NCBI GenBank assembly: GCA_039621445.1
Contig: CP154954.1
Coordinates: 6,583,425-6,647,424 of the forward strand
Reading direction: 5' to 3'
DNA from: Euglena gracilis
Taxonomy: Eukaryota
Length of the DNA: 64,000 nucleotides
Positions 50,874 through 64,000 of this stretch are shown piece after piece. The position numbers and the translations under genes are program-made. Within the stretch, counting starts at the first letter, position 1. Each line of letters opens with the position of its first letter. The notes beneath the pieces were generated by a model. The model did not search any database. It was not told the origin of the DNA and saw only the letters and a list, made by a program, of their open reading frames with translations.

Positions 50874-52686
50874 ATGAAGTGGGGGGAGGTGCTGTTCCAG
50901 CTCACCTCCACCTCCAAAGAGGTCCGTGCTGGCGTGGTCCAGGCCACCCTCCTGCCCAGGCCTCTGGGGACCCCAATACAGTGTGGGTCGGGAGGCCCAT
51001 CTACAGTCTGGACAAAAATGACGGGAACCAAAAACGATGGGGAAAAAATTGCCAGGAAAAACTGATGGGAAATTTCGATTTGGAAAGATTAATGATGAGA
51101 AGTCCAACTTTTCATGGAAAACGGTGGTAATTTTTCCCACTGGTGATGAAATTTTTCCAGCAAAAAAGGCAACCCAAAATTCCCAAAAATGGTCAAATTG
51201 GCCTTCTGGGTGACTTTTTGTGGTTTTTCATTGAAAAAATACTTCCAAAAATACCCTGGCTTAACAACGTACCCTTCCCCCCAATAGAAGCCCTGGGGTT
51301 TGTAATGGACAAAAGCCCGAGGGGTTTTGAACGTGTCCATTTAGCCGACCCCCAAGGCCTGCCCCCACCGTTCGTCCAGCAGGCCACCGCCCTCAGCCCC
51401 GACGAGGGCAAGGGCGTGGTGGGGGTGGTGCTGGCCTCGGTGCTCGGCTACACCCACGACCGCCGCACCCGGCATCTGCTGGAGCAGGTGCCCACTGTGA
51501 GACGTACCCCCCCCCCAGTCCAAACATTCAATCTGTGGCGCTTCAATATGGCTGCTAATTCTAACCCCTCCACAGAGGGTTTAGGAATGTATCCTGTGAA
51601 AGCCGCCTGCAGCTGAATGTTGGCAGGGTGGGTATTTGATTGGAAACGTAATTCTATCTTTGCACAAGATTCATTGCGTTTCCCGCAAGCTCCTCACTGT
51701 GAATTTCCTTGATGAGTTTAGAGATGAAGTGCAAAGGAATCGCGTCGAACTGTTCTTGCATTTGATTCTCGCCCAACTCATCTGCGGCCAAATGCAACCA
51801 TTTGGGATACCAAAGGTTAATTGATTTGGTGTGATCATTTGGTGCGAATTGCCACCATTTATTGCCACCAAGTGCAATTCACAACACCAAACTTGAACAG
51901 TTTGACACATGTTGGTCAGCAAGTTCTTTGAAAGAGATGCAATTCCAAATGACAAGTTGTCGGGCTCATTCTTTCTTGTCCCCCGAAAGATTGACTACCT
52001 CTCCTCCATCATACGGCTCATTGGTTCATTTTTGCGCACCAGCACAATCACACACACCCTGGCAATGGTGCGAGCACACTCAGAAGCACCCACACACATC
52101 CATAATACAGTCACGCATACACGTGCGCATCTGCATTCACACACAAGCACGTGTGCGCACACATAGCACACGAGAGCACATATCATACATGCATGCACAC
52201 GTGCACACACGAATGCACAGAGGCACTTACACACGCACAGGTGCACATGCACACTCACACGCAGGCACGCATATGCGGACAAATATTTGCGAATATGCGC
52301 CAGGTGGTCACCAAGGCCGCGGCCATCGACGGTGCAGCAGAACACCTGTGCAAGGCGGCAGTGCTCGCTCTCGGACGGGACCAGTTCGCTCCGGAGTCCC
52401 TGGGCCCGGAGGCGAGAGCTGAGGTGTTGGATTGTTTCCAGTCTACCATTATTGTATTTCAGAAATTTTTGAAAACAATGTTGCAGCAAAATGGTTTTAT
52501 TGTCTTATTTTTTTTGTATTTCACATTGGTTCACCAGAACACCAAGGGTTGTTGAATATCTAAATGGAGGAATTGGTGTCTGCAATTATTTTTGCAATTT
52601 CCACATCTTTCCACAATTTCCGCAATTTCTCCGGAATCTTCTGCATTTTTTCCCTTTCCGCACTTTTTTTTGCAACACAACTCACA

Positions 52687-52728
<42 letters not shown>

Positions 52729-55700
52729 ACGTGTCTGCTCGAGCAGGTCAAGCTGCACTCACGCCTGTGTTCACTGGAACCCGCCCATTTGCCCTCCTCC
52801 CCACCACACTCACGCCCCCACCCCCCCCCACACCCGCTCCCTGCCCCGCCCCCCCCCGCTCCCCGCCCGCCCGCCCCCCCCCCCCCCCCGCCCCCGCCGC
52901 GCCCCCCGCCGCCGCGCCCCGCCCGCCCTCGCCCCCCCCCGCCCCCCGCGCCCCTCCCCTCCCCCTCCCCCCCCGGCCCGGCCCGTCCCTCTCCTCCTCC
53001 CCCCCTCCTCGTCGGCCCGGCGGCCTCGTGTGTGTGCTGGCCGGCTCCTTGGTTTGGAAGTCATTGATCTAGTCGTCTCTCAATTGGCCCAAGGTTTACA
53101 GCTGGAAAACATTTGAACCATTTTTCTGTGTCTTGCAAAAAAGTTCGAGAACATTCAAATGGGTGTCCCAGTCCTATTCACAGGTAGTGCAGGTGGATTT
53201 CGCCACAATTACCCATACCTGAAGCCTACCCCGTTCCCGCCCCCAGCCATAATAATAATGACTCCTGTCCAGATTGATGGCGGTCCGTCTTATCTGTATT
53301 GCGTTGAAGCAGGGTTTTTGAACGGTGGTTCATCCAGTGCAGCCTGGCTCCGATGCGGCTCCCGCGGCGCAGCTCTTTGCCATCCGTCCCCAGCTGGTGC
53401 CCTACGCCGTGGCAGTGGTGTGCGCGCGCCATGCGATGTGTTGCGAACAGGGGTTTTTTTTAGTCGTGGACCCCCGGGGGGGGGGGGGGGGGGGAGGGGG
53501 GGTGGGTCCGGCCGCGCCCCCCCCCGGGGGGGGGTGTCCCCCCGGAGGGGGGTAGGATATACTTTTCGGCGCCAAAGGCGCCGAAAAGTGCCATTTTAGA
53601 ACTTTTCGCGATTTTCGGCCATTTTTTTGTGGGTCCCCCAGGACGCTCCCTCCCTGGGGGGGGCCCCCCAGGGGGTGGGTGGGTGGGGGGGACCCCCCCT
53701 CCCCCCGTCTTAAAAAAAAACCCCGGGTTGCGAATGGGTGGGTGGGTGGTGGGTGCCGCTGCATCGCCCTTGATCCAAGGCAGGCGTTTCAATCTCTGTT
53801 GATTCTGTGAGAAGGAATAGACCTGGTGTTGTCGGAGCGCCCTCCCCCCCCCCCCCCACCATTTGCCCATCAGGTGAAAGCTGCAGACCCAGCGGACGCG
53901 GTCCGAGCAGGGCTCTGTTTTTGAGTGTGGCACAATTATTGACCTCCGGAGGCCACAGCGGGTCCGAGGTGGGACCCTGCTTGTGCCCAAAGGAGGGTCA
54001 CCTTTCCTCAACAACCCATGTTCGGATCGTCGCTTTCCTTTGTCAATCAAAGGGTGAAGTTTATGTCAAAAATGGGCATAAGAAATGTTTTTTTTTTCTG
54101 AAGGAATTGCCTGCTTTTGTTTTGTTACCGGTATTCATTTCTGTTCGTTTTCTTTGCTTTTGAACCTGCTTAGAGATTGAGAAGCAGTAAGCAAAGTGCC
54201 CTTTCAGCAATTTTCCTCTCCATATCGCCATCCACCCCAGAATTGTATCCTCCCTGTGAAAGTTGTGATTGTATTGTGGCTTCTGTTCCTTTGTTTCCAT
54301 TTTCATTACATTGCTTTCTCCAGGATGTCCCCTCTATTTGAAGAAGAACATTACCACATGGCTGGTTTTCTTTACAAGTCCCGCTTCTGAAAATTGAACT
54401 TTTTTGCATTTTTCGTTTGAACGTAAATTTCAAATTCGATATTTTTGTTGAAATTTGATACATATTGTTTTGTTTTATTACTTTTTGTTATCACATATTT
54501 TTACATTTTACAATATATATGTATATATAAATATTTTTAAACAAAACCGACGTTCCTGGCTCTCCTGCTTCCTCTGGTGTGCGTGTTGCGGTAAACACAG
54601 CCCCCTGCCCCCGCCTCCTGCCGGCGTGCCTGCTGCTGCTGCCCCGGCCCCCGCCCGCCGGCTCCCCCGCCACGGACGCCGACGCCGCCGCCGCGCCGCT
54701 GCTGGCGGGCGTCGCCGCGGCGCTGCAGCACACGAAGGGGCCGGCGGACTGGGCGGTGTGGCGGCGGGTGGCGGCGCCCCCGGGGCCGTGGGCGGCCGTC
54801 ACGGCGGCGCAGTACGCGGCGGCGCTGCTGCCCGGCATGGCGCAGGTGTGTGGGCCGCGGTCTGGGGGCCCGGGGCCGCGCCGCGCGTCCCGGCCGATTG
54901 CGGTTAGTCGCACGGACACACACCCCCCGCCCCAAATTCGTCCCGTACCGGCTGAAAGAGGCCTCCCAGGGAGTTTGTCATCCGAACTCTGGCGGGGCTT
55001 GGGGGGGGGGGGGGGTAGCGTTGCCGGTCGGCCCACCTCCAGCTGCGGCGCGGCCAATTTCCTTTCCCAGATTTCTCACCCGCCCATATGCGTTCGAGAA
55101 CAGAAGTTTGACACGGGGCACATCACCCGGCACAAGCCCTCGCCCCCCCCCCCCCGCCGCCCCCCCCCTCCCCGCCCAGGCACTGCGCAAGGGCTCGCAC
55201 GGCACCATCCCCGCGGTGGCCGCCGTGCTGCAAGCCCTGCCCCCCGCCCTGCTGAGCCTCCCGCCCTGGCCTTCGCTGGAGGCGGGTGGGCAATGGGCCC
55301 CACTTGGGCCAGGCTGAAGGACCCCCTGTGGAGGAAGGGCCTTCGACCTTGACCAGCTGGTAAGGAAGTTTTTATGGGTAAAATGACAGGAACAAAGAAT
55401 TGGAAAATGGGGCTGAAAATGCGGGAATAAAAATGATAAACGACAGATAGTAATTAAAAATAATACCAAAAAATAGGAGCAAAGTGCATGAGAACTATGC
55501 GTAAAAACAATGTAATCAAAGTGTGTAAAAAATAATACAATGTAATAAGATCAGACAAAAAGTGCGGGAAAAAACCTTGGGTGGCTTCTTCTAGCAAGCA
55601 GCCACCAACGATGGAAACGCTGCCAGACGATCCCCCGCCCAGTGCTGACCCCGCGAAGGCCTTCCCCCGACGAAGGAGCTCGCCCGGCCCCTGGCGCTGG

Positions 55701-57861
55701 GGGTGCGGGAGGCGGACCTCAGCGCCGTGGCCAGCGCCGCCTGCCTCACCCTGTGCTGCGCCCCCGCTGAGCCCGACCTGGCGGCGGTGTGTGCCGGGTG
55801 TTGTTGGTCCTTCTGGGCATGGGTCTGTGGCATACAATCACTTGGTCACGGGCCGACCCCCCCCCCCCCACCCCCAGGGAGGGGGTGGCTGACTGGGTTT
55901 TCAGAGTGACCGACTGGGTTTCGGCCCACACCCCTCCCCTTGGGTGGGGGGTCGGCAATAAACACCGAGGTGACCCGGCGCCGAAGGCACCGATTTTTTA
56001 AAGGCCATTTTCTTCACATTTGTGGCCAATCCCAAAGTGCCCCCCCGGGGGGGGGTAGTGACGGACTGGCTTTTTTATTTCTTCGAGCAAAAAACGTGAT
56101 TGATTGGTTTCCGCAGAGTGACTCCAAGGTCCATGCATGCCTCTCTGTCCTGTTCATAGTGTTGTGTGCATGCGTGCAAACAACTTCGTCATGACCTGTA
56201 ATGATCGTCATGTTGGTGCAACGTCGCGTGTACCCACCAAGGGGAGACCTGGGACGACCCTTGGTGTGACCGAGGGAGTATTCGGGACCACCAAATTTGC
56301 ACTTTTTGCTGAAAAGTTTATTATATATTTCTCTTTTAAACAGAGGTTTTGAGAACACGATTTTTTTTAAAGGCATGTTTGAAGCCTTCTGATTTTTTCC
56401 AGCGCTTGGGGCTGGGGTATCCCTCAAGGGTCTCTTTCACTTCGTACCCAAGGGAGAGAGAGAGAAACGATGAAGAAACACAAGGACAAAATCGGCAGCT
56501 GCTTTCAAGGGGAGTTGGCATTTAGACAAAAAGGAAGTTTTTTCTGGCATAATTCAAAAACATGACAACTGAAAAGTTATGAGAAAATCATCAAATGCCC
56601 ATATGTATAATATATAATATATAATATATATATATATTATACGCATATGTATGTGTATATATCTCTCTCTCACTCTCGTCCGAGCGGAGAAAGAGGCAGA
56701 AAAAACAATGTGGGGGAAACGGCAGGATTCATTGTGCTTGTACTGAAAACAATTCTTCCAAACAGCCGATGCATTTTCCCCAAAAACGCCATGAACTGAT
56801 ATATAAAGAGTCGAGAAACATAAGTCGTCCTTCCCACTTTTCCACGTCCTTCTGGTTTCCCACCATTTTTGTCCGGACTGTGTGGAGGGAAAGGCACCAG
56901 GACGCTGGCATCGCTGCACCCCACGCTGTGCCCGGTCCCGCAGGAGGCCCTCCGGGAGGTGGTGGCGGCGTTCAACGGCTGCAAGGACATCCTGGAGAAG
57001 GTGGCGTGCCTGCGGCTGCTGGCCGCCATCCTGCGCCGCGGGCTGGCCGCCCCGGCCAGCGGTTTTTCGGTTGGCCCCTTTTAAGCCCCCCCCCCTAGTT
57101 CGTTGGTGCTGGCACGAAGACGGTGGTCAAGGATCCAACAAATCGTTTGTTGTCCCCCCAAAGGGAGGAGGAGGCTGACTAAGACTGGCCTACAAAAGTC
57201 ATCTCCTACAACTCTGACTAAACCCCACACCGGTTTGGCCCAATGCGGTCCCACCCTCTCCCCCGCCTCATCCCTCGAAGAAACCTGATCTCAACCGCGG
57301 AGGTCGTGCAGGCAGCCCTGAAGCCCCTGGCGGCCAGCCTCGTCCTGCCGGCTCTGAAGCCGACGGTGACTGGGGCTCCGGCAGAGGTGCGAAGTGAAAC
57401 ACACACCTGCACGTGCGAGCAGCCCTCCCCCTCCGCGTCCAATGCCTCCAAAACAAACATTCACGCACACATTTTTGATGCAGAACACTATCTGTGCGAT
57501 TTTTGGCCCCCAAAAGTGAAATATGCGTGTGAAGCACGTGCGAGATACTCGAGCTGTCTGCCTCCGCTGCTGCTTGCCTGTGGTGGCTTGACAGGCACTG
57601 CAGCACACATCTTATGGGGAGTGACAGCAGCCGTTGTCTTCACCCCCCCCGGATGGTGTGACACAGGTGCGGTTGGTGGCGTACGACGTGCTGCTGGCGG
57701 CCGTGGAGGCAGCTGGGGCGGTGCCAGACTACGCCGGGGCGGCGGTGAAGGACGTGCTGGCGTACGACGACGAGGCGGTGCGCCGGCTGGCGCTGCGCTT
57801 CGCCGGGCGGGCGGCGGGGGCGGAGCCAAAGAAGGTGGGTCTGCATGTACGTGTGTGTGTG

Positions 57862-57910
<49 letters not shown>

Positions 57911-60900
57911 GGGTGTGGGTGCAAGTGACTGAGTGCTCGGTGCGCGCGCGCGCGTGTGTGTGTGTGTGCGCGCGCGCGCGCATGTGTGTGTGTGTGTGTG
58001 GATTGAATTCTGGGTTTGGGGGGCTCAGACACATATTTCAGGCACATGGTTTGTCAGTTGGTGGCATTCGATTTAAAAGCTCTATGCCGTGTCCCCTGCA
58101 TCGACATCCTGGTGGCAGCCTTGAGATCCCACTGCATGGGGCTCCCGGTCGCCATCCAATGGACACCTGCCACCAACGGTATAGCGCAGGGCCGCCAATT
58201 CCTCTGGATCGGAGCGCACACCCCCTGTGTCGAGTCACGGAATCGGTTGCGGGTCACATCCCCGCTGACTGCGTGCCTCGCCCTGCTGGCCGGCGCACTT
58301 CACCCCCGCCAAAAATGGTCAAAAGTGGCCAAAAAGCGGCCAGAAAATGGCCGAAAACAGCCCAAGAAGGCCATATACGCCAGCCGTGGTTACTTTTTGT
58401 CGAACTGGGGCCCACCCCCTTGTCTTGACCAGGGGGTTCTCAGACCCCCCGGTCTGAGATGAACATTAGCTGTTTTAGCAACCGCCCCCCCCCCCCCCGC
58501 AGCCTCAGGCGGCGGCGCCCGCCCCCAAACAGCTGCCGGGCGACTGTGAGCGCAAGGCGTCGTCCCGCCCGGAGGCGGCGCTGGCGTGCCTCGTGCTGGT
58601 CCACTGCAAGGCGGTGGCCAAGGCGTGCCGTGGGCCCCCCTGGGGAAGGGGGGAGGAGGACATGAAAACCGACCAAAATGCCACGAGAAGGCCTTTTGTT
58701 TCGTTTTGGGTCAGATTTGACGAACGATTCCAGACCATCAACCCCCCTCCCCCAAAAGCACACCTTCAGCCCACCAAACCAGCCGTCCCAACGACCTTTT
58801 GAGGCCGAATTCCCTGCAGTTTGGGTGTGGATGGGTGTAGCCGAAAATTTACGGCGCTTTTCACTGGATTTTTTAGATGGGGAAGGGATTTGATGTTTTC
58901 CTTTGAGTTTTTCTTTTTGGGCATTTTCAACTTCGAAATCATCATGGGGGGGGTTGAAAGTAACCTGCAACTGGCCCAAATAAAGTGAGTTAGGAATGCA
59001 CACGAAGAGTTGGGCAGTTTACACCACCTCGTCCATGCTTCTTTCGGCTCTTTTTGGTCGGTTTTGAAGTCTGCGCCCTGCAAACGTGCATTTTTTCCTT
59101 CCTCCTGCAGCGCAGTGTGTCTATCTCTGTGCGCATCTGCACGTTTGTGCATTACTCCCCCTTTGTCTTATGACCACCCCATATGAATGACCACACTCTT
59201 GGTCCTTGGCAGGTCAGGAGGTTGGCGACCCCCCATCCCTGGTTGTTGGCCGCATCGTAGGACACGGATTGGAAGACAGGGGGGGGTTTAAAGAGTCGAA
59301 TCATATTCATTTCTGCACACTGTGCAGATCTCTGAAGGACCCAAGGAAAATCAGTGGAATTAGTGACTTTGCAGTTATGGGACCACTCCCCAAACGACTG
59401 GTTGCCCCCCCCCCTGGGAAACTATCATGCTCGAGAACGCCAGGTAAACCGGTCAGGTTGTCGGGGTCCCTGTGCTGTCGGACCTGCTGGGTGGCAGTTT
59501 TGGGTTTTTGGGTGAGAGGGGCACCTTCGAGACAAAACAAAAGCCTTTGTCTCATCTAACTGAGCCGAGGTACGTGTTTTTTTTTCCTCAAAGGAAATGG
59601 CCAACGACCCGCTTCGCCAACTTTGCAACACCGGCTCTCAGTTTCCTGCTCCTTTTGTTGCTTTGCGGTTATGACGGGAACCCCTGGCCTTGCCCCTCAG
59701 GGGGACGTGTGGTTCCTGAAGGGCCTCCTCGGCCGGGACCCGTTCCTGATCTCCGCGGAGGCGCTGGAGCGGATGGCGGAGGCCCCGGAGCACCTCCTGG
59801 GGGTGGTGGCCCCCCCGCTGCTCCGGGGGCCTTTTTGGGGGGTTTGCCTTGCGGTGTGTTGTCGGATGAATTTTGAAGGAATCGGATGAACAGCCGAAAA
59901 CAACCTTTTTCAGGGATACATTTTCTAGTGGATTCAGCCCAAAGATGGTCCCCATACTGACAAATGAGAAATAAACGAGCGTCGCACACACACCCAGACG
60001 CTGGATGACTGGAATGCCAAGCCAGAGGGACGTTCGGGGGCTACACCGGGATACACAGGGCAAGAGAAGCAGAACATCTTTACAACAGAGTCCTGCGTTT
60101 TCCTTCCTTTGTTTGGGTGCCATCAAACTCCTTTTGCATGTTTCTGCCTCATTGTTCTCCATCGTTGGCACCGAGTTTGCCTGAATCATGCGCAGTTGAA
60201 GACCCTCCCCCTCCTCTTGTGAGCAGTGGTGTGGCTGAGGCGTTGCTCGAAGCACTCCTGCCGCCCTCCGCCTGCCTTGCAAAGGATCTGCTGGACCCGA
60301 TGCAGCAGGTCCGAGGCCCCGCAAACGTCCCGTGAAAGATTGATACAGCGATCATTAAAAATCTGACATTCTCTTTTTTACGTATGTTTGTATATTTAAA
60401 AATTTTAACATTTAAAAATGATTAAATACCTTTTTGAGACGTGTGCTCTTTGAACATGAGTTTTTGAAATCATTTTCTCTTTATGCTTTTTTTGAGTAAC
60501 AACCAATTTTTTTTGATTATCCTTTACAAGGAATTGTTGTTTAATTGATGATTATTGATTGGATTGGATTGGAGGGATTGGATTGATTGGGTTGCCATTG
60601 AATGGAAAGCTTACATGTATTCGGGATGTGTCCCCCATCCCCCCCCCCAAGAACACTACCACACAAACACAACACACACCGCATTGTGGGGGCACAGCAA
60701 ACATGATCACAACACACACCCCGACCCGACACGGCATATGCTCATTCTCACCGGCTGGTTCCGCAGGGGCAGCCGCTGGTCAACGCCCTCCTCCTGCTGG
60801 CCGCCAGCCGGCACGCAGCGGTCCGCGTGCCAGCGAAGCGGGTGCTGGAGACGCTCATGGGGCTGCACCGCAACTACTGCACGATGCCCCGTGCTCCGCT

Positions 60901-63539
60901 TCGGCAGTGATTCTTCCGCTTGGCCCACACACGTGTCGTCAGGGCAAATCCGGCTTTGATATTGAGACCATACGTTCACTTAGTTAGTTACTGCCCCCCC
61001 CCCCCAACAGGATGGGCAACTAGTTTTTTTTTCAGTGTGACTGGCTAACCCCCCTGGGGGGGTCGGCAAAATCCATTACAGTGACCCGGCGCCGAAGGCG
61101 CCAAATTTTTTTTCACCCATTTTGTGGTCATTTTCCCCTTGGATTTCCCCACTGGTTGACATGTTCCCACCCATTAGAAGCCAATTTGTTTCAAAATTGC
61201 TTTTCCGCGAAACGGTAAAAATGCCGCATCGCCGTCGGCAAAACGCCAAAAAAAAACTGTTTCCCCATCAGAAAAACGGCAAAAAGCCGTTTCACCGTCT
61301 GAAAAACGGAGAAAAAGTCTTTTTGCCGTCGGAAAAACGGCGAACAAGCCGGTTTGCCAGCGGAAAAGCCAAAAAGCCGAAATGAAACACATATGGATGG
61401 GAACACACCTTTGGGGGGCATTGACTGATTGGTTTTCCAAAAAGAAGTGGCTGACTTGTTTTGGGAGAGTGGAAGTGACCCCCTCCTCCCCCACCCTGGG
61501 GTTGGTAAAAAAAGTGATTAAGACCTGGTGATGCCAATTGAGTCTCGATCTACCGACATTTTTCTGCTTGTTTCAGCGACAGGTGGGCTGCAATTACTTG
61601 GCTATAGGTGGTGGTTTGGGAGGTTTCTAAGAATAAGGCCACGGATGCTGGCTTTTGCGGGCTGGAAGGAGTGCTTTGCAAAGTTGGAGGAGGAGGTGTA
61701 ATGGGCTCCGTGATATGCATTTGCGATGTGGGTGGCTCAGGCTTCAGTTGGCAGGCCTAGTTTTTCCAGCTCATTTTGTTTACCTAAGAATCTTCCCCTC
61801 CCTGTGAGTTTAAGAGGTTTTGCTCTGCCTGACCAGGGGTGGTCTTATTTTTTTTGAGGAGGTCTTATCCTGAGGGTGTGAGGCATAGATCACATTGGTT
61901 TGGACAAACTGGACGCTGATTAATTGCTCAAATCTTTCCGGCCGACATGGAAGTCACCCCAATACTCGCCCCCGCCATTTTGAGATTCCACGCAAATTGC
62001 TTATTTTTATCAAATCATAGATTGTCATTTTATTTGTTCTGGCGCTCACAGTGTCAAGAAGTCACCTGCAACGGGAAAGGCCAACCTCTCTTCCACTTCC
62101 AACCCCACCACTGCAAAAACATGCACCGGGCGTTTGCGCGCATCTGCTCGTCCCCCACCACACCCCGGCGCACAGGTCGGCGCGGGGAAGGCGGACGCCA
62201 AAGCGGCCGCCAAGCCGACGCCCCCGGCCAAGGGCGGCAAGCCCACCGCCAAGCCCGCCGGCAAACCGGCGGCCGCCGCGGAGCCGGAGCCCAAGCCGAG
62301 CAGCGGCCCCGCGTCGTATGCCTGCCTCCCCATCCCCTGTGTCCGAGTGTTACTCGCATCCTTCTGTCTACAAAATGTACCCGCTGGTGGCTGGAGTTTC
62401 CCTCCGGAGCCCCCCCCCCCTTCAAGCTCCCGGCTGGACTGAAACTGAAATGGAAATCGACCCAATTTGTTGGATTCAGCCGGACGGGGGGAAGGCGCTT
62501 CGCATTCTTGTGGACCTTTTCGATTTTTTTTGGAGCATTTTCCGTTATTTTTTCCAATTGTTCGCATTTTTTTGCAATTTTTTTGCAATTTTTTTTGAAA
62601 ATTTTGAATTTTTTAAAACTGATTATACATGCCATTTTTTTTTTTAGTCGGGTGCCAACCCCACTGGGTGCTAGGGGCAGGCACCCCATAGCACCCCTGC
62701 TGACCCCCCCCCCCCAGGGGGTTTTGGGGGTGGGTTGGGCAGGCACCCCTGTCCACCGATCCCGCTTTCTGAGGACCCACCCGACCCTGGGCACCGCGGG
62801 CTGCCCCCCCCCCCCCGGGGTGTACCTGCTTTGGGCAGACACCCTATAGCATCCACCCACCCCTCGGTAAAAAAAAGCCTGGTGTGTACATATTCCTCAT
62901 AATTACATGTAACATTTGTATCTTTGGTGCCATTTTTGACATGATTTTTTGTGCTTTTTTCCTTCATTTTTGTGAATTTGCGCCTTTTCTCTCAGATTTA
63001 GCACATTTTTGCGCACATTTTTTTCCAGCCTGTTTTTGTGCATTTTTTTTAATCAAAAAATGTGTGTGTTTTTTGCGCATTTTGGATCAAGCCAGCACCG
63101 TTTTTCCAGCCACCGGCCGGAGCTGCTTCGCCGGGGCGTGATTCAGCGCCCTGGGCGGTGATACACCAGGTCATCACTTGATGCCCGAACGACAATATGT
63201 GTCCCCCCCCCTGCCCTGCCCCACACGCAACGGCCTCCACTTGTGGCCAGCCACCAAAACCATTCAGGGCCAGGGCATGGCAGCTGCTGGCCACTGACGG
63301 GAGTTGCTGCCCCGCTGCATGGTTTCCCAGGGTTGCTAGAGCGGGATTATCAGGGCAGAGCAGTCCAGGTTCCAATGACGTGGGCAACGTTCACGGCCGG
63401 GCGTCACGCCCTACCTCCCCCCCCCACCTCCCAGGGCGTTCCCGACGTCCCCGGCCGTGGTGCTGCGGCTGTTCGTCCACATCGCCTCCGCGCTGCTCGA
63501 CCCGGCGGCGCCCGGCCTCGCGAAGCGGGCCCCATGCAG
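50874..63539 (+). CDS. GCN1: Probable GCN1/ILITYHIA-like HEAT-repeat protein, N-terminal part; continues beyond the window. Exons approx. 50874-50953, 51367-51487, 52304-52423, 52747-~52770, ~53340-53417, 53874-53904, 54613-54845, 55180-55285, 55659-55786, 56944-~57053, ~57303-57386, 57667-57834, 58533-58622, 59701-~59820, ~60224-60308, 60767-~60890, ~61640-61695, 62177-~62315, 63435-63539
   Basis: N-terminus MKWGEVLFQLTSTSKEVR..VLASVLGYTHDRRTRHLLEQVV resembles the GCN1 start (ST.S...R...Y.D..SR..L); later ALLLLAASRHAAVRVPAKRVLETL resembles a GCN1 segment; Ala/Leu-rich helical composition throughout. Identification is from memory, not from a search. Confidence 0.62.
50954..51366 (+). other. 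Nonconventional intron
   Basis: T|GCC-CAGGCCTCTGGGG ... CCCCAAGGCCTG-CCCCC|A; in frame ATLL|PFVQ; flanks CTCCTGCC/CCCCCACC (5/8, differences all transitions). Confidence 0.8.
53448..53726. mobile_element. hAT-type MITE (same family as 29104)
   Basis: Ends CAGGGGTTTTTTTTAG / TTAAAAAAAAACCCCGG; perfect 8-bp TSD GTTGCGAA; shares an internal GCGCCRAAGGCGCCGAAAA motif with 29104. Confidence 0.88.
53905..54612 (+). other. Nonconventional intron
   Basis: C|GAG-CAGGGCTCTGTTT ... AAACACAGCCCCCTG-CCCCC|G; in frame DAVR|LLPA. Confidence 0.7.
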
Positions 63540-64000
63540 GCGCGCAGTCGCCCAGTCAAGCGGTCGCAGACCCGACGGAGCCGAAAGATAAAACGACGTT
63601 TGTTCTGCAATTTATGAACGTTTTGAAGCATTCACTGGAATCCGTGCAAATACAGTCAGCGGTTTGTGTTTGCGACATTCCTCTGGAGAGAGAAGGCAGC
63701 TGCACAGGGGCGCAGCTTCATATCACTGTTGAGGTGTAACTATAAAATGAGCCCTTTTTTGTGTCCTGGGACCTCAGTAAAATACCTGCTTTTTTGGAAA
63801 GCAGCACCCAATAACTATCGCGCACTGTCTTTTGTCTCACTGGTTTCCTTTTGACCCGATACTATTTTGCACGGTTTTCAATAAAATATTGGCCTGATCA
63901 GTCTTTAACCCATCCACTTGCCCTCCCCTCCCCCCTAATTGTGCTGGCCCGGACCTCTTCCCTGGTAGGGCTACCAAGGACCCCCCCAGAAGCACATTCT

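Noticed and set aside
51560-52030. Possible transposase fragment on the minus strand
   Set aside because: No diagnostic motif recognised with confidence.
59781-59832. Hairpin GCCCCGGAGCA...TGCTCCGGGGGC as a mini-intron
   Set aside because: Excision leads into T-rich intron-like sequence; the segment reads as plausible coding sequence.
60961-61544. ATTGAGAC/ATTGAGTC as an 8-bp TSD
   Set aside because: The enclosed ends are not inverted repeats.

Overview
Eukaryotic, intron-rich nuclear DNA with the hallmarks of a euglenid (Euglena-like) genome. Three protein genes lie in tandem on the + strand, each split into many short GC-rich exons: a Rab3GAP catalytic subunit (RAB3GAP1-like, ~4556-35583), a CXIP4-like zinc-knuckle protein (37674-48799) and the 5' part of a probable GCN1/ILITYHIA HEAT-repeat protein (50874 to window end). 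Introns are a mix of GT-AG, GC-AG and euglenid nonconventional introns whose ends form a stem starting at +4 and ending at -6. Introns and spacers are packed with MITEs. Main observation: free MITEs have CAG...CTG terminal inverted repeats (TIRs) and 8-bp target-site duplications (TSDs), the hAT signature. One CAG...CTG element carries a hAT transposase dimerisation-domain remnant. At least one nonconventional intron (39139-39542) is itself such a MITE with a perfect 8-bp TSD. The 3+5 nt splice geometry removes the element plus exactly one TSD, which suggests a hAT-derived intron-generating system. Exon boundaries were inferred by eye from reading frame, remembered protein motifs and base pairing, without transcript data. 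Almost all ORF-track entries are spurious as whole ORFs.
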